From assembly GCA_964558645.1 (NCBI GenBank), contig CAZLEV010000002.1, positions 41,193-65,192 on the forward strand: a DNA stretch of 24,000 nt, in the 5' to 3' direction. Below, one piece after another: positions 8,133 through 14,408 of this stretch (position 1 is the stretch's first letter; every line of letters starts with the position of its first letter). Position numbers and translations under genes: made by a program. The stretch is from an uncultured archaeon. GTDB lineage: Archaea; Asgardarchaeota; Thorarchaeia; Thorarchaeales; Thorarchaeaceae. Below the pieces are notes generated by a model. The model was not told the origin of the DNA, did no database searches, and saw only the letters and a program-made list of their open reading frames with translations.

Positions 8133-9695
8133 TTGAAGGTAGGCAGCTCCCACAGAAGATGCAGAGTTTGTGAGAGGAACACAGCGACTCACATGTGCGA
8201 AGACTGCGGCGAGAACTTCTGTCTGGATTGTCTTGAGAGTAAGACCACAGAGTACTATGTCTGCTCGGAGTGCCATCACACTCTAGGAACTCCAGAAGCC
8301 GGGGAGCCCTTCGAGAAGTGTCCCGAATGCGAGTGTGAAGAACTGAGCACTGGAAAAAGGATAGAGGAAATCTGTCCCCGATGTCACTCCTCTAGGATAG
8401 TCTCTATAGATGACAAGAGAAGGAACCTTGGAAAGAAGCTACGAGAGTCCATCATGACACTCCAGTACGGTCATCTCAAGCTGAGGGAGTTCAACAGCAA
8501 GCTCACTGCTTCGAAGAGACTACTGGTTTCCTTGAGGATGGCCAATTTCCTGCATTATCACTGGATTGAAGACAACATCGAGGGAATCCAAGATGAAGCA
8601 TTGGCCGTGAAGAAGAGAGTTGTCAACCAAGCAGATATGGTCGGGCGTCAGATGGCTGCCGAGACCAAGGGAATAATCGACCCCAGCACCTGGACTCCCG
8701 ATCAGTTTCCATTTATCGAGGGTGTTGCAAACCGAATTGGAGAACTGGGAGAGCATTTCAAGTCTGGTGTTGATGATGCGTTGGATGACTGCGTTGTTCG
8801 ACTAAACGAAACGACAACCCAGCTTGAGGGACTTGACTACTATCGGAAGGAATTTGCGGGGTTCTACGAACATGCCGAACTGTCTGTCAATGAGCTTCCT
8901 GTCTGCGCATTGCCCGAGATTCGAGTTACAGGTAGCGATTTCCTAAAGCATGACAAGGCAACGGGAACACTCTATATAACAAACAAGAGAATTGTGTTCA
9001 TAGCCGAGGTGGGAACATTTCGAAAGAAGATGGAAGTCCTCTTCGATTTTCCCCTTGTCTATCTCAACTCCATGGAGGAGGACGGGAGAATCAGAAAGCG
9101 TCTGGTTCTCAAGATGAAACAGGGAGACCTAAAGATATCCTGTGACGAACAGACCGAAGAGGTCCTTCCAGACTATCTCGAGATAGCAAAGAAGTTCGAC
9201 AGATACATGCAGACAGATATGCAGCGGGTAAGGCGCATTGAACAGTCGAGTTTCAACATCAGTGATGTGCGTCTCAAGATAGAGGAACTTGTGTATTCAC
9301 TCTTGTCTTCAAGCACTCGGAAACGTGCAGAAGATCTCACTATGAACGAGAGATGCCAAGACAGGTATCACTATCAGAAGCGTCCTGCAGCAGGCTATGG
9401 AACCATGAATGGGTATGGGTCTCAGCATTTCACCGACCACCTTGAAGACGTTCTCTCTCGTGCATCTCTTGGACATGGAGAGCGACGCGGAGATATTGAT
9501 CCGCAGGTACAACGGCTCAAAAGAGATGCCAGAGACTTGCAGCAAGCAGTTTCACGAACCGTAGACCTATTCAGGAATCGAAGGCTTGTCTCTGAAGATT
9601 TTGTGAGAAGATACAGGAGCCTAATGCTCGACTCCTACAGAACGCGGAAAGAAATAGATGAGGTCATGAAACAGAGATCTGATTCTCTCTGGTGA
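8133..9695 (+). CDS. ESCRT-locus protein: N-terminal multi-zinc-ribbon (B-box-like) + helical region + GRAM/GLUE-like PH-type domain
   Basis: 520-aa ORF with a TTG start 7 nt after GGAGG (8121-8125). Residues 10-84 carry six CxxC pairs (C10/13, C22/25, C30/33, C44/47, C63/66, C81/84). Residues about 255-340 read 'TGTLYITNKRIVFIAEVGTFRKKMEVLFDFPLVYLNSMEEDGRIRKRLVLKMKQGDLKISC', which matches the G-T-L-x-h-T-x-x-R-h-h-F signature of GRAM/GLUE/bPH domains. The stop is 1 nt from the stop of the convergent ESCRT-III gene. Confidence 0.8.
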   Translation: MKVGSSHRRCRVCERNTATHMCEDCGENFCLDCLESKTTEYYVCSECHHTLGTPEAGEPFEKCPECECEELSTGKRIEEICPRCHSSRIVSIDDKRRNLGKKLRESIMTLQYGHLKLREFNSKLTASKRLLVSLRMANFLHYHWIEDNIEGIQDEALAVKKRVVNQADMVGRQMAAETKGIIDPSTWTPDQFPFIEGVANRIGELGEHFKSGVDDALDDCVVRLNETTTQLEGLDYYRKEFAGFYEHAELSVNELPVCALPEIRVTGSDFLKHDKATGTLYITNKRIVFIAEVGTFRKKMEVLFDFPLVYLNSMEEDGRIRKRLVLKMKQGDLKISCDEQTEEVLPDYLEIAKKFDRYMQTDMQRVRRIEQSSFNISDVRLKIEELVYSLLSSSTRKRAEDLTMNERCQDRYHYQKRPAAGYGTMNGYGSQHFTDHLEDVLSRASLGHGERRGDIDPQVQRLKRDARDLQQAVSRTVDLFRNRRLVSEDFVRRYRSLMLDSYRTRKEIDEVMKQRSDSLW

Positions 9696-9696
9696 G

Positions 9697-10311
9697 CTAG
9701 ACACCTAGCTCTTGCTCCAGTGATTTGATCTCAGCCTCTAATTCTTCGGATTCTGTCATAGGGGCTTTCTTCGCCTGAGATGTAGCTGCGCCAGCTTCTG
9801 CATCTATCTCAGCCATGGCCGCCGCGAGCTCTTCTGAAGTGACTTCACCAATCTCAGTCGTGTCGAGGGCTTCTGTCGATATACTGGACTCTATCTCAAA
9901 CTGCTCCAACCGACGACCAATCTCATCCACATTTTCCACGACCTTCAGTGTGTCCGTGGTATCACCTAGAAGCCCCAGAATGTCAGCGACTTTCTCTAGT
10001 GCAACATTAGCCTTGGCCGTGGTCTGCGCTCGAGTGATATAGGCCAATATCTTTAGGATTTGAAGACGGGACTTGTCTACAGAGAGAGCAAACCGTCGGA
10101 ACCGGACCATCTCAGTAGCGTAGGTCTTGTACGCATCTGCCCTGCCCTCCTTCCTGGCACGCACAGCTCGAGCCCTGGTATCACGAGCTTCTTTCTCGAG
10201 TTTGTTGCGTTCTCGCGCCAGCTGTTTTGACAAAACTCGAAGCTGGCTTGAAACTTCACCGACATCTGGGCGTTTTTTGCCCCATCTGAAAGCCTTTCGA
10301 ATTGGACCCAA
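9697..10311 (-). CDS. ESCRT-III (Snf7/CHMP family) protein, probably of the Vps2/24/46-like group
   Basis: 204-aa ORF with a basic N-terminal helical hairpin ('LSKQLARERNKLEKEARDTRARAVRARKEGRADAYKTYATEMVRFRR'), an acidic C-terminal half and a terminal amphipathic helix 'EELEAEIKSLEQEL'. The TTG start at 10311 is preceded by GAGGGAG with a 6-nt spacer. There is no in-frame ATG until codon 67. Confidence 0.85.
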   Translation of the reverse strand: MGPIRKAFRWGKKRPDVGEVSSQLRVLSKQLARERNKLEKEARDTRARAVRARKEGRADAYKTYATEMVRFRRFALSVDKSRLQILKILAYITRAQTTAKANVALEKVADILGLLGDTTDTLKVVENVDEIGRRLEQFEIESSISTEALDTTEIGEVTSEELAAAMAEIDAEAGAATSQAKKAPMTESEELEAEIKSLEQELGV

Positions 10312-10471
10312 GAGTTACTCCCTCGTCAATCTTATTGCCGTACATAGATGCAAGGAATGAAGACCGTTTAAACCTTCGTAGAACGAGTGACCAGTTCGAT
10401 ATATGAGGCAGACGGTAACTGGGAAATACTGAAGTTCTTAACGGAAGACATCTAATCGCGAGTGAGGTTCA

Positions 10472-11680
10472 ATGGTGGATAGAATAGATCAGGGTCTCAA
10501 GGCACTACTTGACAAGGCAATAGACCTGGACAAGAGAGGTATGGGAAAAGAGGCTTGCCAGTATTATCTGAAGGCTAGCAAAGTGCTGATCAAACTGTCA
10601 AACTCGGCGGCATTGCCCTCTATCAGGAAACACTATCTCAAAAGAGCGCAAGAGTGTGTTGACAGGGTCCGGTATCTCTCCGGCATCAAGAAGAAGTCAG
10701 GACCTGTCCATGGACTCGAAGTACCACCCGAACCCCTTGAGAGAGAAGAGCCAGTTCCTGCTCAAGCCTCTACCGAAGAGAAGGAGATTGACGAGGATAC
10801 CGTCAGGCTGCGAGATATGATAGAAGATACAATAGTTTCGGAGCGCCCAGATGTTAGAATGTCAGAGGTCGCAGATCTCGAGGATGCAAAACAGGCAATT
10901 GATGACGCGATTCTTGCGCCCATGAAACATCCCGAGCTGTTCCGTGGAAAGGCGAGACAGCCTTGGAGAGGTATCTTGCTTTATGGTCCTGCGGGATGTG
11001 GTAAAACACTCATAGCAAAGGCCGTGGCCTCAGAGATTGACGCGACATTCTTCAATGTGTCAGCCGCCAATATAGTAAGCAAATGGCTTGGCGAATCAGA
11101 ACGATTGGTAATGACTCTCTTCGAACTGGCACGTAAGAATCCACCCGCAATAATATTCATCGACGAGCTCGATTCTATAGGAGTTTCCAGATCAGGCGAG
11201 GATGTTGGAGGTGAAAGGCGTCTGAAGACGCAGCTGCTGACCGAGTTGCAGGGGCTCGGTAGTCGCGAGGATGAGAGAATCACGGTAATCGGAGCCACAA
11301 ACCTTCCTTGGGAGCTCGACTTTGCTCTGCGGTCCAGATTTGAGAAAAGAATCCATGTGCCGTTGCCGGGTCGCGATGCTAGAAAGAAGATCTTTGCCAC
11401 TCATATGGAGGAGATAGAGATGGCCCCCAGCGTAGACTTCGCGGAGTTGGCCGATCTGACAGAGGGATACAGCGGACGGGACATCAGTGTTGTGTGTCGA
11501 GAGGCGGCAATGGAACCGATTCGAGAACTCCAAACAAGTGGACGGTTGGATGAGGATGCGGAAATATTCGACCTGAGACCTGTTGAACGTTATGACTTCT
11601 TATCAGCTATAGAAAACATCAGACCTGCAACATCGCCCGAAGATGTCAAGCGGTATATAGACTGGGCGGAGGGCTCATAG
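10472..11680 (+). CDS. vps4: Vps4-like AAA+ ATPase (MIT domain + AAA cassette; CdvC homologue)
   Basis: N-terminal MIT-like three-helix region ('ALLDKAIDLDKRG..EACQYYLKASKVLIKL..HYLKRAQECVDRVRYL'), Walker A 'GPAGCGKT', Walker B 'IIFIDELDS', second region of homology 'ALRSRFEKRIHVPLP', and the Vps4-type C-terminus 'SPEDVKRYIDWAEG'. A GTGAGGT sequence lies upstream of the ATG. Confidence 0.93.
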   Translation: MVDRIDQGLKALLDKAIDLDKRGMGKEACQYYLKASKVLIKLSNSAALPSIRKHYLKRAQECVDRVRYLSGIKKKSGPVHGLEVPPEPLEREEPVPAQASTEEKEIDEDTVRLRDMIEDTIVSERPDVRMSEVADLEDAKQAIDDAILAPMKHPELFRGKARQPWRGILLYGPAGCGKTLIAKAVASEIDATFFNVSAANIVSKWLGESERLVMTLFELARKNPPAIIFIDELDSIGVSRSGEDVGGERRLKTQLLTELQGLGSREDERITVIGATNLPWELDFALRSRFEKRIHVPLPGRDARKKIFATHMEEIEMAPSVDFAELADLTEGYSGRDISVVCREAAMEPIRELQTSGRLDEDAEIFDLRPVERYDFLSAIENIRPATSPEDVKRYIDWAEGS

Positions 11681-11683
11681 CTG

Positions 11684-12388
11684 ATGAATGTTCGTGAGAG
11701 GTCAAAAGAGAAGAAGAAGACCGTCGAGAAGAAGCGTGAGTCGGAAGAAGAGTCAGAAGAGCAAATTGTGATCAAGACTCCCACGGATCAACAAATACCC
11801 GAAGTCAGTGTCAGAGAGGCTGTGACCGTCACAGAGTCCGAAGAACAGGCTGCTGTACCGCAGGAGCCTGCAAGTGAAGTCGAGGATATCTTGCCGCAGT
11901 GGGGGCATGCTGAAGACTCGGAGTGGATGTACCAAGTTCCAGATTACGAGGAGGGTAGACAACTCTGGGCAAGAGATTGGACAGACTTCATACTCACATG
12001 GATGGAGAACCAGAAACTTCATGTCATATCGATCACGACTTTCATAACCGAGAGTCCATTTAGCGAGATTGTTGGCAAGGCGGATGCGTTTGAGATTCTT
12101 GGAGATACCCTTGTAGAAAAGAACATAGCACAATGGATTGGAGATGAGAAGCGTCAGCTTCGAGTCTACTGGCGGCCTTTGGAGGACTGGGCGGATCATG
12201 TCTACCGATGGGCACTCGAAACAGGCTTGATGCGTCTCGATGTGAAGTCGATCGTCATCCAACAGGGTAGAGAAGGTTTCGGACGCCTCCCGGAGGGCGA
12301 CCTTCGCCGTATCATGGAACTGCTTGTAGAACGCGGCTATGCAAGATGGGTGGACAAGGAGCGCGGCGCTGTTGTGCTGGTTGTATGA
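11684..12388 (+). CDS. Vps25-like ESCRT-II subunit (tandem winged helix) with an acidic/lysine-rich N-terminal extension
   Basis: The ATG is 3 nt after the vps4 stop, consistent with an operon. Residues about 85-234 follow the Vps25 pattern ('RQLWARDWTDFILTWMENQKLHV', 'LRVYWRPLEDWADHVYRWALETG', 'LRRIMELLVERGYARWVDKE'). The first 75 or so residues are low-complexity K/E/S-rich. Confidence 0.75.
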   Translation: MNVRERSKEKKKTVEKKRESEEESEEQIVIKTPTDQQIPEVSVREAVTVTESEEQAAVPQEPASEVEDILPQWGHAEDSEWMYQVPDYEEGRQLWARDWTDFILTWMENQKLHVISITTFITESPFSEIVGKADAFEILGDTLVEKNIAQWIGDEKRQLRVYWRPLEDWADHVYRWALETGLMRLDVKSIVIQQGREGFGRLPEGDLRRIMELLVERGYARWVDKERGAVVLVV

Positions 12389-12392
12389 CACG

Positions 12393-13151
12393 CTAGCGAT
12401 TATGCTTGCCGTTCGAGTCGACATCTGTCCTTGATCTTAGGCCCGGGAAGTAGTATCTTCCCCCCGTGCTAAATCGGATGTCGGCCACAGCCATGCCAGC
12501 CTCCACAAGACTGGAGAGGACAGTTCGAGCGTGATCTTCAGACCATTTCAACTTCATGATTACCTCCTCAATAGAGACAAATCCTTTGGACGCTGCGAGA
12601 TTAATCACATCAGCCTGGTCTTGCCGTAGTTCCAAAGGCCTCAATTCGACAACTTTGACGCCTCCGCTCAGTGTTCGAATCCCTGGGATGAGACCGTGCT
12701 CTGCAACTCGATTCACAGCCTCGATCACATCGTTATAGCTGACGGATTTGAGTTCGGGGGTTCGTCGTACAACGTCGACAATCAGCTCTGCCAGCCCCAT
12801 AAGACCCTTTGATGCGTTCTCAGTTGCAACGTCAAGCACCGCCAGACCAATGTAGTCATAGTATTCATCCGATGTCATCCCCTGCATGGAAGCAGCAGAC
12901 TGTTGTGGTAGAATTCGAAGCAGTCCTGCGGCTTCGGGGAAGCGGGAAACAATGCCCTCACTCTCAAAGAATCCGGTTACATCTCTACCCATCCGACGCA
13001 TTCTATCAAGATTCTCTCGGATGTCCATGACAAGAGCCTCTGATTCGCGCTCGTAGGAACGAACATCCACTGCACCCATGTCGAACATCTTCTTGAACTG
13101 ATCCAGCGTGGCTATCGACGCGTAGAGCTCAGATTCAACACGATCATCCAT
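12393..13151 (-). CDS. Vps22/Snf8-like EAP30-domain ESCRT-II subunit
   Basis: It is collinear by eye with Vps22/SNF8: 'DEYYDYIGLAVLDV' (compare DFYYELGVQIIEV), 'VSYNDVIEAVNRV', 'VVELRPLELRQDQADVINLAA..GFVSIEEVIMKLKWSEDHARTVLSSLVEAGMAVAD....YYFPGL'. The track ORF extends to 13277, but that extra N-terminus is Cys/Leu-rich and looks like noise. I chose the ATG at 13151 (MDDRVESELY). Confidence 0.8.
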   Translation of the reverse strand: MDDRVESELYASIATLDQFKKMFDMGAVDVRSYERESEALVMDIRENLDRMRRMGRDVTGFFESEGIVSRFPEAAGLLRILPQQSAASMQGMTSDEYYDYIGLAVLDVATENASKGLMGLAELIVDVVRRTPELKSVSYNDVIEAVNRVAEHGLIPGIRTLSGGVKVVELRPLELRQDQADVINLAASKGFVSIEEVIMKLKWSEDHARTVLSSLVEAGMAVADIRFSTGGRYYFPGLRSRTDVDSNGKHNR

Positions 13152-13168
13152 CTCTATTGCTACCTCGC

Positions 13169-13176
13169 GTTTATAC
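13169..13176 (-). promoter_or_regulatory. TATA-like box (GTATAAAC on the minus strand) upstream of the Vps22-like gene
   Basis: This AT-rich octamer is centred about 22 nt upstream of the ATG at 13151. That spacing fits an archaeal TATA box driving a leaderless or near-leaderless mRNA. Sequence-only inference. Confidence 0.25.
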
Positions 13177-13326
13177 GGTCGACTCTGTACTGGAGTGAGT
13201 TGGAAGCAGCCTCCTTTAAGAGGGAGTATTATTGAGCACCGACTCAAGCACACGCTTCGCGATAGCACAAAGAACATATGTGCAAAACATATCGGAAGGA
13301 CACGAAATCCTGGAGAGGTTGAAGAA

Positions 13327-13491
13327 ATGTCACTACATTGCCATGATATGAAAAAAGGACAAGTCTATGCATGCGAGACCTGTGGCCTTGAAATCAAGAT
13401 CCTCAGCGAGTGTACGGAGTGCTGCAACGACGAGGACCAGTGCGGCTGCAGTTTCACCTGTTGCGGTGATGACTTGACGCTGAAGGAATAG
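13327..13491 (+). CDS. Desulforedoxin-like cysteine-rich metal-binding mini-protein
   Basis: 54 aa with 10 Cys. 'GQVYACETCGLEIKIL...TCCGDDLTLK' parallels the desulforedoxin motif 'VYKCELCGQVVKVL....LVCCGEDM', with an extra loop 'SECTECCNDEDQCGC'. GGAGAGG lies 9 nt upstream of the ATG at 13327. The track ORF start at 13195 is an upstream GTG. Confidence 0.65.
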   Translation: MSLHCHDMKKGQVYACETCGLEIKILSECTECCNDEDQCGCSFTCCGDDLTLKE

Positions 13492-13515
13492 AACCGATAT
13501 CCTTCATCTGAAATA

Positions 13516-13549
13516 GGCCGTGGGCCAAAGCCTCGGCCATAACTTTTTT
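13516..13549 (+). terminator. Hairpin + T6 terminator after the Cys-rich mini-gene
   Basis: GGCCGTGGGC-CAAA-GCCTCGGCC forms a GC-rich stem with one bulge (13516-13538). TTTTTT follows 5 nt later at 13544-13549. Confidence 0.5.
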
Positions 13550-13616
13550 CGCTCCGACTATTGGTGTGTTCATCCCAAGTCCCAAGTTGGAGATTGTGTA
13601 CAGCAAGTGCAGCATT

Positions 13617-14312
13617 ATGGCGAAAGGTACCTCGAGTCCGCATATTGGAACGCTAAAAGAGCGCTCACTCCATGCTGGATTGAAGGAATGGTACAAAGAA
13701 CCGGGCGATTGTTTTGAGGCTGAGGTAGATGGATACGTAATTGATATCGCCCGAGAGAATCTGTTGGTAGAGATACAGACCACAGGTTTCTCAGTAATCA
13801 AAGCGAAACTCCGGGATCTTCTCACCAGACACAATGTGCGTCTCGTCTATCCAGTGATATCAGAGAAGTATATAGTGAAAGAAACGCCTGATGGATCAGA
13901 AGTGATCGAGAAACGTCTCTCACCCAAGAAGGAGAGTTTCCACGACGTCTTCTATGAGATGGTTTACCTTCCGAGACTCATCGAACATCCTCGTTTCAGT
14001 ATCGATGTCTTGCAGGTCAGGGCAGAGGAGACTCGCCGACGGGACGGACATGGTAGTTGGAGACGCAGAGGCTGGAGTATCGTTGATACTGAACTAGTGG
14101 AAGTAGTAGATAGGCAGTTGTTTGAGAGCCCATCAGATCTACTGAGGCTTATCCCACAAGACCTGACGAATCCGTTCACCAATGCTGAACTGGCAGAGCG
14201 AATCAAGCGGCCATCTGCTTTGGCAAGGAAGATGACGTATACTCTCAGGAAGATAGGAATCGTGAAGTTAGTGGGTAGACGCGGAAGAGCCCATCTCCAT
14301 TCCATCACCTAG
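13617..14312 (+). CDS. PD-(D/E)xK-fold nuclease-like protein (CoiA-like 'EIQ' motif) with a C-terminal winged-helix domain
   Basis: 'EAEVDGYVIDIARENLLVEIQTTGFSVIKAK' gives a D...E-x-Q/K arrangement like CoiA-type restriction-endonuclease folds. The C-terminal 'FTNAELAERIKRPSALARKMTYTLRKIGIVKLVG' is wHTH-like. I prefer the ATG at 13617 over the upstream GTG at 13566. Confidence 0.55.
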   Translation: MAKGTSSPHIGTLKERSLHAGLKEWYKEPGDCFEAEVDGYVIDIARENLLVEIQTTGFSVIKAKLRDLLTRHNVRLVYPVISEKYIVKETPDGSEVIEKRLSPKKESFHDVFYEMVYLPRLIEHPRFSIDVLQVRAEETRRRDGHGSWRRRGWSIVDTELVEVVDRQLFESPSDLLRLIPQDLTNPFTNAELAERIKRPSALARKMTYTLRKIGIVKLVGRRGRAHLHSIT

Positions 14313-14408
14313 TTTCGGCAGAGGGGCCAAGACGGAAACTGAGCCGCCTTGACGATGGGTCTGATGCCGTGAGAAAGCCAATGGAGCCGCTCTTCGTTCG
14401 GCTGACCT

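Noticed and set aside
7974-8279. A 101-aa minus-strand ORF spanning the tldD/Zn-ribbon-gene intergenic region
   Set aside because: It overlaps the 5' end of the 520-aa gene in antisense and covers the promoter palindrome. It has no RBS or motifs.
11753-12424. A 223-aa minus-strand ORF
   Set aside because: It is antisense to the Vps25-like gene and runs across the Vps25/Vps22 junction. It has no recognisable motifs or RBS, so it is a shadow ORF.
12663-12685. A tRNA T-arm-like string 'GTGTTCGAATCCCTG'
   Set aside because: It lies inside the well-supported Vps22-like CDS. The T-stem pairs only 4 of 5 positions, and no acceptor, D or anticodon arms can be drawn around it.
13011-13133. Resemblance of the Vps22-like N-terminus ('ELYASIATLDQFKKMF....Y') to the Vps28 N-terminal helix ('ELFAVVKTMQALEKAY....Y'), suggesting an ESCRT-I/II fusion
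   Set aside because: The whole protein is collinear and length-matched with Vps22/SNF8, including its own N-terminal helical region of about 95 residues. The Vps28-like match is short and most likely coincidental. It would need a profile search to revive.
13195-13326. The N-terminal extension of the Cys-rich ORF from the GTG at 13195, giving a 98-aa version
   Set aside because: The extension overlaps the Vps22 promoter and upstream region and has no RBS. The ATG at 13327 has a GGAGAGG box, and the conserved desulforedoxin-like core starts just after it.
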